Made by a program: the position numbers and the translations under genes. A DNA stretch of 62,587 bases, filler included, from Squatina squatina (Eukaryota): the NCBI GenBank assembly GCA_031763465.1. It is 4 parts of 3 records of this genome, joined end to end, with 100 filler letters (N's around TTAATTAATTAA, not from the genome) between each part and the next. Parts side by side here need not be neighbours in the genome. Positions count along the whole stretch, not along the records: positions 50,306 to 62,587 come from JARFOE010000004.1; 3 more parts are not named here. One strand, 5' to 3'. Position 1 is the first letter of the stretch. Each line of letters begins with the position of its first letter. Below are positions 51,683 through 62,587 of the stretch, piece by piece. The notes under the pieces are model-generated. The model saw nothing but the letters and a program-made list of their open reading frames with translations, was not told the DNA's origin and did not search any database.

Positions 51683-52076
51683 TGTCAGCCTTGGCTCAGT
51701 GGTAGTGCTATCACCTGAATCAGAAAGGTGTGAGTTCAAGCTGCGCTCTAGAGACGAGCCTATAATAGAGACTGACACTTGAGCACAATAGTGAGGGATG
51801 TTGCTGTTGAAGGTGTTGCCTTTCATTTAAGGTATTAAATTGAGGCCCTGTCTGTCTACTTGGGTGGATGTAAAAAAAAAACAAGAGTTTTCCCATGGTC
51901 CCAGCCAACCTTTATCTCGCAACTAAAGCAAACTATCTGGTCATCTGTCTTAATGCTGTTTGTGGGATCTTGCTGTGTACAAATTAGTTGCCATGTTTCC
52001 CTACATTACCACATTTCAAAAGTACCTCATTGATTGTAAAGCACTTTGGGACAACTTGAATTAATAAAAGGCACTG
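51683..52076 (+). mobile_element. SacSINE1/DeuSINE-like SINE, full length with tRNA-derived head
   Basis: A box TGGCTCAGTGG, B box GAGTTCAAG, Deu-domain motifs (TGAGGCCCTGTCTG, GCTGTTTGTGGGATCTTGCTGTG) and an L2-like tail. Confidence 0.8.
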
Positions 52077-52306
52077 TTCCATCACTAAATTTGGCAAGTG
52101 GACCATGGCAATATATATAATATTGTGAACAAACTAGGTCTGTCTTGAATGTGCTTATTTTCCTTAACATAGACTAATGATAGAACTGCACTTAGTAATT
52201 GTTGACAATATTTCAATTGACTTTTTTTTTTAAATAAAGCATCCTTCAAAGTGATTTTCTGCCCCACCCCACCAAACCAATCAATCTTTTGCTCTTTTTG
52301 CATTTG

Positions 52307-52416
52307 AAAGAAAAAAGACTTGCATTTATATCGCACCTTTCACGACCTCAGGAAGTGCTAAGGTGTTTTACAACCAATTAAGTACATGTGAAGTGTAATC
52401 NNNNNNNNNNAGGAAA
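52307..52416 (-). mobile_element. DeuSINE-like 3' tail
   Basis: AAAGACTTGCATTTATATCGCACCTTTCACGACCTCAGGA, the reverse of the tail. Confidence 0.75.
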
Positions 52417-53664
52417 TATTAAATACGCTAACCATCACAGCAATAATGTTCTTGCTCCCAATTTGGATCAGAACTCATGAAAATAGCAATTTATTGAAAA
52501 CAGTCTAATATCTCACTTATTTATGGCTTACCTTTCAGCTACAGTTCATGCGATGATGGGAAGGCTGAAGCTGACAACAGTTGATATTCAATACTCCAAG
52601 CAATCCACCAGTCATGTTTCAATGCTTATTCAGACTTCCATATTGTAAAAGGTGTAGCACAACTGTGAAAGTAACCCGTAGAAATGTGTACTTTTTGATG
52701 TTATGCCCTAATTTATCAGAAGTTGTGCATTTTGGATTGTGTTTTACAATTTGAAAGATGGGTGTATGTTACTGATGCCTTTTAGTGCTTCTCTGTACCT
52801 AACTTGATAGTTTAGGTTGCAGATTTGCAGCTGTTGTGTGATGAGCCACTTGGAGTAATGTGTTTGTATTCTTGAAAGTGCAAATGTATATAATTTCATT
52901 GCAGAGCCTAGGAGGTCATGTCCGTTCTGTATACCTATTAGCTTAGAGTCATGATTCTGATAGCAATTTGCATATAAATGTGCTCACACCCTTCAAATCT
53001 TAAGTCTGAAGTTCTGTTGTCTGAAACCATTCACAACTGCAAAAATTGGGTTAAACATGCTCTCAAACTGTTTTTTAAAGAAACATTTATGCATTACATT
53101 CAGAATTATTTATAATTCTTTAAAGTAATATAAAATTTGATGTTAATCTTCCATAGCCTGCACTGATCTTGGCATAAAGAAGGTATTACTTGACAAAAGT
53201 ATATGCTAAGACAGAAAATGTTATCAAAATAGATCTCATATTTATATCTATATCATTATGTTAAATTGTTCTATTTAATTTCTTTACGTTATATTATGTA
53301 TGCTTTGTTTAATGGACCAGCAGTAAAATATTGAACACAGTGTGAGAATGCCTATTTTGGAAAAGACAATAATGGATTGATGTTCTCAGATGTGTCTTCA
53401 CTATAAGGGATCACAAACCAGTTCAAAGCACTTTTTTTTGTCCAGTACCAGCTTTCACATCTCTTATTCCATTCAGCAGCATATCATATTTTGTGTCTGT
53501 TTTTAGTTGAAAGTACCTTTATCATTAAAGTATTGTCAGTAAGTTTTTATAAGCAAATGGGTAANNNNNNNNNNNNNNNNNNNNNNNNNNNNNNNNNNNN
53601 NNNNNNNNNNNNNNNNNNNNNNNNNNNNNNNNNNNNNNNNNNNNNNNNNNNNNNNNNNNNNNNN

Positions 53665-54148
53665 CTGACTGGGAGCGGTAGCCTGCTTGGGGTGGAGGTG
53701 CCATCCCGGCCGCTGAAATGGACTTACCACACCCAAAAAAAGTGGAGTGTAATCTTGTATGCTCCACTTCCTTTAGGGGCGGTTCCAGTGGCGCTAACGG
53801 GGCGAGTTGTGCAGCGCTACACGGATGCTCTGCGTTTGCTCATCTTTATTTCAGGTTTACCCTTTCCCCATGTGTAAGCCCCAATCTTTGTTTTGCTCTC
53901 TATAACATTTTTAAAAAGTTAGAATCAAAGGAGCTTATTCACTTTCTGGTTCCCTGTCTGTGAGATTTGCGATTGGCTGCTTAGACAGTTTGTGGACATC
54001 ACAGCAGCTCGCGTTAGGTACACTGATTTCAATTGCATGTGGGAAAAGCAGAACTTCTCGCCGCACGGTTCGCAAGATTTTGTGAGAAACTTACGTTGGG
54101 CTCAGCGACGAACGTCTTTGTTTCACCACTGACCTCAAATTACAGGCC
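53665..54148. mobile_element. GC-rich MITE-like remnant(s)
   Basis: CpG-rich block next to a gap. Ends AAATTACAGGCC, like other termini in the window. Confidence 0.4.
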
Positions 54149-56705
54149 AGTAACTTTATTACTCCCCCTGAGAAACAATCTAACAGTCATCTGAGGTCGG
54201 CAGATTTGTTTGTGATGATTAGCAGCCATTGTAATGTTGCTGTGTAAGTGATTGCATGAATTATAGAAAATAATTACTGTGCTATCTAGATAATTACAGA
54301 ATTGTTGACTGAATAAATGAATTTGATATTAATGGTGCTTGGATGCAATTGAATACATGTCTGAGTATGTACAATAAGCATCAATAACGTATGTATGTAG
54401 AATGTGTAACTATTTCCTGTGATAAGAAAAACACAAAAGATAACAAAAGACAGAAAAAGTCTGTATTTTTCTGCTGAATATACAGTGAGGTTCAAAGGAG
54501 TAGATCATATCTTACGGTATACAACAACGCAGTGAATCTACAAAAACGTCACTTTCCAAACATGCATTTCACAAAATTCTTAAAAACGACTAAAGAGCNN
54601 NNNNNNNNCCTGCCTGAAGCAAACAAAATGATCAGCGCTCACTTTATTCCCCCTTATATGAATTTTCTTTGATTACCATTGTCAGTCATTATCCAGCCTG
54701 GAACACTTTTCTATAGGGGTCTATTTGGGTTCAGGATTTGCATAACTATCTTGGGCAGACATGTACTCTTTATACATTTAAAAGTAATGCGAAATATCAG
54801 TGATTTTGTTGGAAATTTTTCATCAACGTTTCTTTTTAAAAATAAATTTGTGTTTTTTGTAACCTTGTGATTGGCCTAAAAAAATCAGTTAGGTATCACT
54901 CTCTATTTGTTAACAATTGGCATCATTTAAACTATTCGTCAAACAATTGCTCAGATTTCCTTACCACAGCAGCTGTGTTGTATTTGAGTAGTTACATTTC
55001 AGTTTAAAGAGTGAAAGATCTGATCAAGCAGAGTGAGCCACTTTACAGTTCTTAACTAAATACTTTTTCTATTCTATCTTTACAGTTCTGATATATGAAA
55101 GTTAATTAACATGCAAAGACAGTGAGTGTAGCAGACAGCACAGCACCAGTGCATTTAAAGTGGTAGAACCTTCCTAACATCATTTTCTGCTTCACTCAAT
55201 ACATTTGTACTTCTAGCGATTTACATGCCACTGAAATATATGTTTCAAGACATACTGGAGTACCAAATAATATGTCAGTTTTTATTTAGGAAAGCATTCT
55301 GTAATGCACTTTAAAGAACTGTATTTGCTACTAAAGGTTTAGGTCTTAACTCCTCTACCATAGATATAAGTTCTGAAACATGTTATTGGTGTACTTATAC
55401 TTTGTTTTAAGGCAAGCCTGCAGATCTTAACAATTGCTCTCTATATAAATAAGAATTGTATACTGTTAGGACAACAAATGATTAGACTGGTACTTTAAGC
55501 ATTGGTTTCTAATTCTATTCAGATGGCTAGATGCAATTGAATAAGATAAGTCTCTGACAACTCAATTTTAACGAGATTGTTCAGATTTTCTGAAAAGAAA
55601 AACTGCTCTTGGTCAGTTATAACATTACTTTCCCATGGGCACTAATACTTATTACAGTGAAGTAGTTACATTTGTTTTTGATCTATCATTGACTCAGTAT
55701 TTTGGTGGGGTAGTGGGGTGGGGGGGAGGTGGTGGAGATAGGAGGGATGGTTGAAATTTGAACACTTTTAACTGGACGAATCACCAAATTAAACAACATC
55801 TATTCAGTAACCACTTAATGGTTGCACTCAACATTTTAAAGGATTTGTTATAACAGAACAACAAACCGCAATGTTTCCTTTTCCTTAACTTCACAAAACT
55901 TTGTCGCCACTATATTGATGAGAGCCATTACTTTATCTTTGCTGTATTGATGAGCTTTATCACAACAGTTAATTCATAAAGTGGTATACAATGGTTGAGG
56001 CCATCAAAAATCGAACATATCCACAATTCCTTTCACTGGAAACAAGATATGAAGAACACCTATTATGAAGCTCCAATTCCAAATACTACAATGACTGATC
56101 AGTACAACTAAGACAAATGATAAGACACAACTTCTCTTATGCTACAAACTACTTTAAATTCAATTAAAAATGACGTGTTGATAGCTTTGTATATTTTTTT
56201 ACTAAAACAAATTGTCATACTTTAATAAGTGAAATTACTTAAAATCTGAATGTATATGAGTGTTGTATATAGGACAAATATGAGGTTCTGGAGATCGCAG
56301 CAGTGTATTCTTCAACCCCTTAAAAATAAGTTGAGAAATGAGAATAAGAAAACATTCTCCATTTCAATACATATATCTTTCAAAACTAAGTAGAATACTT
56401 ATTGGGCTATTAATCAACCTTGAATAATTTGTTCCCAACAGATTAATTATTACAGTAAATTAAATACTGAATAACTAAACATTTTGAACAACAATGTTAC
56501 CCAGTCAACAATATACTCTGAAAGGCTCCTGTTAATTTTACATTTTATGTACTTGAATTAGAGCAACCTGAACAGATTCTTTTAGTCGAGATGATCTTTT
56601 CAATGTGCCTTGATGGAACACCAGCATTCATTTTTTATGTGAAGGACCAATGTCTGCACACAAGTACAAAGATGCAGACACGGGTAATATGTTTAATGAA
56701 TTCCA

Positions 56706-57754
56706 TCAACCATCTCTGCAATCAGCATAGTTCCCATGTATCCAGAAGCATATCTGTGCATATTTAAGTGGAGTAATGCGCACAGCCACATTGTAATCCT
56801 GTTGTATGCCATTGATATCCACCCACTGATGACCAGAAAAGATTCCAATGATCTTGCGCTTCCAATTACGCTTGTCTGACTCCTTAAGACGAATGTAAAT
56901 ACCTGAGCCACTTGATCCAGGCTGAGCATCACAATACTGATAGAATAGATCATTGGACTCATCAGACACAGTGCAGAAACGATATACCAACTTCCCTGGT
57001 CTGTCATTATCGAAGCCTGAAAAGTGAATCCGGTTGCTTGGCATATTCTGGACAGGGGGGCTAATTCCTATCTCCATGTACTTATGTTTCTGAGGTCTCT
57101 TTAACTCAAGAACAGCATAATCATAATCCACTGCAATATCATCAGCCACGCCTTTGAACCAGCCCTTTGGTACTTGGGTACGCTTTACTCTTGACCACTG
57201 GAAAGATGGCTTATCATTTGTTGACCGCTTACTCCTCTTAGATCCTTTCCTTTTTCCACCCCCCTTGGATCTCATCTTTAAAAATCCTACTCTTAACCTT
57301 TTGGCACCTTTCACATAATCTTTTCCATCATGAATGCAGTGAGCTGCTGTTAGCACATGTTTTTGTGACACTAGAATCCCAGTACATCCTGTGGAGATTT
57401 TCACTGCTGTATTAAAAGGGTAGCTAGTTATGAAATGCTTGTTACCAATGCTAAATCTACTGTCCAACCCAAAGACCTGNNNNNNNNNNGCCTCTTCCTC
57501 CTAGAACGGCCTCTTGTCTCAGCCAATTCAAATTCATTTTTCAGGTCAAATTCTCTGACATCTACCTCAGTCAACGTACGTGTCCCATTGTTGTACACTG
57601 TTTCATATGAAAGGTAATTCTGAAGGTCAGACACAGTTGGCAGTGGTAATTTCTTCTGGCAAGCAATCCCACAGGTTGAGTTTATCAATAATTTGGTTTT
57701 AGCTTCAAATCTTGGAGGTTCTATGGTTATGGTTCTTCTGTCCAACACTCGGGG
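56706..57754 (-). CDS. PRSS35: Serine protease 35 (PRSS23/35 family), single coding exon; 5' end lost in gap 57755-57854; spurious 10-N gap at 57480-57489
   Basis: Propeptide CGIACQKKLP...YLSYETVYNNGTRTLT and furin site RRKR|QVFGLDSRF. Protease motifs VLTAAHC, DYDYAVL and DAQPGSSGSG. C-terminus RITPLKYAQICFWIHGNYADCRDG*. The segments PFNTAVK, KRKGSKRSKR, PSFQW.RVK, VSDESND, RLK..DK.NWKRK and WIHGN favour PRSS35 over PRSS23. Confidence 0.9.
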
Positions 57755-60700
57755 NNNNNNNNNNNNNNNNNNNNNNNNNNNNNNNNNNNNNNNNNNNNNN
57801 NNNNNNNNNNNNNNNNNNNNNNNNNNNNNNNNNNNNNNNNNNNNNNNNNNNNNNTTGGAGGAAGTGAGTGGAGTCAAAGGAGAAGTTGCTCAATGTGAGA
57901 ACAAGTATTTTGAGTAGTTAGTTGACTAGTCAATTACTAAAAGTTTCTTATCTGAAAATCCTTTCTATGATTCTTCAGGCAAAATCAAAATATTTTAAAA
58001 TTGCTAAATTATATTGTTTGAACTTTGCCAACTGATATTGCATGCTAAATGCTATGAATGTGATGGGCTGATTGGTGTATCTATTATTAGTATGTTAGGT
58101 CACTGGTTATCAAGTGCAGGAAAATGAACTTTTGATGCATGAAGAAGTTGTGGACCTTGTTATCATTTTTTATGTTAATTGTCTATGTTCATATTGGAAT
58201 TTTTGCTGGGTAACATACTAGTTGATGATTTTAGAAACTCACATGGTAAGATCATGCCTCCTTCGAGCATTAGGCAAAGTTTGTTGTGCTTTCCCTCAGC
58301 ACTTGCTTAAGCTGATTTGTTTTTGCCATGGTATCGAGATGGGAATGGATTACATCATCCCCTCCTTCAAATCAGTGCCGTTTCTTGTAGTAAATCGGTT
58401 GGAACTAACAAATCGCATGAATGTTAGCAGCTTTTAGTTGTGTGAACTGACAGGCCTTTCTATAGTTTGATTCTTAAGAATTGCCGTGTGATGTGTCCTG
58501 GTAGCTACAGTCCTGCTCCTGTTGATGAAAGGATTGCCACTGGGTTTTCAGGCGTGTGATTAAATATAAACCACTGAAAATTGTAGTCTTAATGTTCAAG
58601 CAGTGTTAATTTTGCAAAAGGCTTGCTCACTGACCTGACCTCTGTCAGTGATCAGCCATCTTTAGGGACAGATTAGTTCATTCAGAACTGTGCCGATGAG
58701 GTCATTCCTTAGAATTTTAACTCGGCATTTTGGGTAATTCTTTTCAGTCAATTCAGAACTACAATAGGGGTGTCCTCCTATTTTTTTCAACCGTTAAATG
58801 GCCTGCTAACATACAAGAAACAAGTCTGTTATTTGTATTGGGCTAGTCATTAATGATTGCTATTTACAACAAGGGGTGGAGTAATTAAAATCCATTTCAA
58901 TTTGTTCCTTTAAACTCTAATAATCTGTACCCTNNNNNNNNNNCCCTGATATGTCGATTATGAAAAATACTTTTGATAAACCATCATATTTGTATGTGGC
59001 CATTTTTGCTGTTCAACTTTTTCAGTAACCTCAATGCTTGCTTTTTAGTATGCCATTTTGTTTCTTCACTGTTCTACTTTCCTCTAGTTCTTGTTTCCTG
59101 AACGTAAACCGGAAAAATTGGCAGAGCCATGAATTTGATTTCCATTTTTAAACCAAAAAGTATATTTATACAATTGCTGTGGCTATCAACCTGGAAAATG
59201 TTGTGATAGCTTGATCTTACACATGATGCTTTTAGAATAGCCACAATTCTACTATTGTTCATTCTAAATGGTTCTGTCTTAAATGGTTACAATGGTGCCT
59301 TGAAGGGTAAGTGGCTTTAACATTAAAATTAGGTCAAGATTACTTGGTTACTGTGAGTTAAGCTGCATTCAGCTATTGGAGCATAGCATTGCAAAGTCTC
59401 TGTTTCCATGGTCACGGAGCAGTGGGAAAATATGTGCCCTGCAGTATGTTAGACTGCCTTAGCCTACAATCTTGATGGTCTCCCAAAGTGTGGGCCTGTT
59501 TCTATGTATATAAATCTTATAAATTTGGTAATACTGACTGACTGACCTGATGTTTGTTTTAGGGTTCTATTCTCTCTAGCTGTGGTGTGATTTTAAAATA
59601 AAATCAATACTGCAGTAGAAACTACCCAGACAAGAGGACAGTTAACATCTGAACCTTAAGCATGTGGTTAAGGTCTAACTGAGTTCTGAAGGTCCAGCGA
59701 GTTTAACTACACTTGNNNNNNNNNNNNNNNNNNNNNNNNNNNNNNNNNNNNNNNNNNNNNNNNNNNNNNNNNNNNNNNNNNNNNNNNNNNNNNNNNNNNN
59801 NNNNNNNNNNNNNNNCAAGAGCCTAATGAAATATGCAAACAGTTCCTATAAACATGGCAATAAGTCACCGGCAACAGACAGTGAAAACCACAGTTCATAA
59901 AAATGTCAAGACTTTGTGTTGGTGCTCCAAGCGCAATTACAAAACACATGAGAGGCCTGAAACCTTTGTTTCTAATATATGGTGCTATGACGTAGAGAGT
60001 ATCAAGTTAGTCACAACAGATTCTGAGGGGGTTCCTCAGCTTTACTATTTCTGTACTTTTTATTAATATGCCAGTGTTTAATATACCAAGAACAAAAAGC
60101 GCATCAACAGTCAAAGTTACTGAAATACATCAACCACAATATAAAACTCTTGACAGTGCACTTTTGGGGAAAATTAATTTAAGTGGATTAAAGACCTCCT
60201 TGACAATAAACAATGTGAAAAATCCACTCAGTCCAGTAAGTTCATCCGCTCGGTTAGTTAAAGTTCATGCCTACACATTGACCTTCACAGTGTGCATTAG
60301 GCCTAATGGGCTGCTTCATCCAGATTGATATGTCATTTTACTATTTTATATTTTCCATAACACAACAAAAGCTGTCTGTTAGGCTTGTTAAACTTATTAT
60401 GGAGACTTGGTTTAACTTCCTCCACCTAAAACAGTCTGTCTGAGTCACTGGAAAGGTATGCTAATTGCCATACTTTAAACAATTTCACTCTAAGACATGC
60501 ATAAGAGCATTATAAGATGCACAAAAAAGTAATAACTAAGTCAACAACAACTGTCTTCACCATAGCTGCTGAGATGACCAAGAATTTTCAAACTTTAACA
60601 TTGCTGCCTGAATTCATTAGTGAAAAGGGAATGAAATGAAGAGAAGGCAATAAAGAAAATCTCCTTGATCATTTTCTTGTTATCTAAATTTGAAACTTAC

Positions 60701-61354
60701 TGTAATTTATAGAAAGAATGAGCAGCATAAATACAGATTTGGCTAAAATATAGAAAATTCTAGCCTGACAAGTGAACATGAAGGAGAGGCACAAGATAAT
60801 TTTGCCAAGTTGGGCACAAGTGAGAAACAAGGTGTTAGTTCAAAAATGTGTTGTGGACAGAATTTTATGGAACTTGTGTGGAAAAATAAACTGCTGCCTT
60901 TTTAGAGTAAGATAGTAATATGACTATGACTCACACGTAAGGAAAGCTGTTTGAGCAATCGGCTTGCAGATTTTTTTTTTAAGTTGACATTGATGTGCTT
61001 TAATGAAATAAATGTAATTTAATTTAACTTAATTGGTAAAGTTAATAACTTACTGAATTATCCATTTGTGTTTGAAGATTTAAGTTCTTTTCCCTCTCCC
61101 TTTAATTAACTAAGTATTCCAACATCAATGATATGTTTTGGCTGCAGTTTTGAGAGAACTGTTTATGAAACAGGTATAGGTGTTTTCCACACAAGCTATC
61201 ATTGCAACGTGCTCTGCGTCGCTAGGCCTGGTGAATTTGTGAAATGGTGCAGTGTGTGCTTGTGTGATGAAAGAAATTGCATTTGTTTACCACAGTTTAC
61301 ATGCTCTGAATGTGCCAGATCACTTCGCAGCCAAAAAAAGTACTTTTAAAGTGT

Positions 61355-61460
61355 ACAAACAAAAATTGCTGGAAAAACTCAGCAGGTCAGGCAGCATCTG
61401 TGGAGAGAAAAACAGAGTCAGAGTCAACGTTTCGGGTCGATGACCCTTCGTCAGAACTAA
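61355..61460 (-). mobile_element. Penelope-like element pseudo-LTR remnant
   Basis: AAAATTGCTGGAAAAACTCAGCAGGTCAGGCAGCATCTGTGGAGAG. Related copies at 34356 and 21060. Carries a hammerhead motif. Confidence 0.65.
61422..61458 (-). ncRNA. Minimal type I hammerhead ribozyme motif
   Basis: The - strand reads AGUU-CUGACGA-A-GGGUC-AUC-GACCC-GAAA-CG-UU-GACU. This gives stem I AGUU/GACU, core CUGANGA, a 5-bp stem II, GAAA, palindromic AACGUU in place of stem III and a GUU cleavage triplet. Confidence 0.75.
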
Positions 61461-61629
61461 AAAAAAGGCAGAAATGCAGCAAATTTTAAAGCACTGACAG
61501 GCAAAGGGGTGTAATCACTGTAGTAATGCAGGAGAACGCAAAATGTTGAAAATAAAGATTTCAGTGTTTGACAGTATTTTAACAAACTTCACATGAACAT
61601 TGGCTAAAACACCCAAGTGCCTACCCTTG

Positions 61630-62205
61630 CGAATTAGTTATGATTGGTATGAGGGTGAGGAGTGGCTAGTGAGATGGGGGAAGTAATACTGTAGATAAAG
61701 AGGGATGGGTGGAGGTGCAAGCTAAGTTGGTGTGAGTAAGGATGTGCAGGAGTAGGGTAGGGGATGTGATGAGTGGCATAGCAGGGTGAGGTTGAGTGTG
61801 GCATTGCAGTAACGTTTTGTGATCTACTGAGATCATTGAAAATTTGGCACCACTGCAGCCATCCCTGCTTGTGCCCTCCTGTGCAATGTGCATCTGGAGG
61901 GAGCCATGGGAAAGCCTGGGTGCAGCTATGCACCTTTGTGCAGTGTTTGCAGCACCTCAATGCTGTAGAACACTGACAGAACAACTTCCAAAATCAATGT
62001 GACCATGGTCCCTTAAAGGAAGCTGGCTAGTGACGTGTCATCAAATGCTTCCTTTTAAATTGGCCAGTAACTTTGCAGGGCAGGTTTAACAATCCTAATT
62101 AATGGAAGATTCTTCATACAATGCGGGCTGGAACAAAGAGCATCTTCACCACCCGCCACCAACCCTGGCCGCCCCGGTCTCGCCATGGTTGGCGATATTG
62201 TGGCC
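61630..62205 (-). mobile_element. Second Harbinger Myb-like gene remnant with element terminus
   Basis: WLQWCQIFNDLSRSQNVTAMPHST. Intron-like sequence CCTACTCCTGCACATCCTTACTCACACCAAC matches 3523-3553. Terminus GGCCACAATATC at 62205. Confidence 0.65.
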
Positions 62206-62587
62206 TGAGTGTGGAGGCACACTCTTGTATAGAGTCTCCTTCAGACTGCTCTACAGCTGTTGGATCATAACTACAAAGGAAATGGTAGCCTTTTTAATAA
62301 TGTGGAAATTTCTCAACCCCTTACCCATATCTTCTGTTTGAAGACGGTTGCACTCTATGCAGGATAATGGACCCAAAGGAGGTGAGTGTTTTGGGTGTCT
62401 AATTTTCCTATTTTCTCCTAAGATATGTCAGTTATGATTTGCAGGCTCATCCCATAGTGGAAACCTGAAGAGGAATATCAGTGACTGGTCATTGTAGCTG
62501 TCCAGGTTGTCATTTGCTATAAAAATGTCAAGGAGGTTAGTCAGGCAGGATTGTTCTAGATTCATACAACAACTTGTGTATGTATAT

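Noticed and set aside
51690-51745. tRNA gene
   Set aside because: A and B boxes are present, but there is no cloverleaf and it continues into a SINE body.
56706-57754. PRSS35 as a frameshifted pseudogene
   Set aside because: The only frame break is the 10-N placeholder gap, and there are no internal stops.

Overview
This is vertebrate genomic DNA, not prokaryotic, and most likely from a cartilaginous fish (shark or relative), judging by its SacSINE1/DeuSINE-like SINEs and its CR1, L2, Penelope and Harbinger repeats. It comes from a fragmented short-read assembly with many placeholder gaps of 100 N or 10 N. The window is not one locus. An artificial spacer (44 N + TTAATTAATTAA + 44 N) occurs three times and joins four independent scaffolds: A 1-22936, B 23037-36616, C 36717-50205 and D 50306-62587. 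Three gene pieces are recognisable. Scaffold A holds the last two coding exons of an EXT1-family (exostosin-1) gene on the + strand. Scaffold B holds the signal-peptide exon of an FGFR2-like gene on the - strand, which the ORF track shows only as an anonymous 71-aa ORF. Scaffold D holds most of the single coding exon of PRSS35 on the - strand. Scaffold C has no recognisable host exon. The rest is intronic or intergenic DNA with decayed transposons. The most notable observations are an intact minimal hammerhead-ribozyme motif in a Penelope-like remnant, a PRSS35 that keeps the catalytic Ser, and an apparently conserved upstream-ATG/uORF cluster in the FGFR2 exon. I found no convincing wholly new multi-gene system. 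All comparisons to human genes and repeat consensi are from memory and need alignment to confirm.
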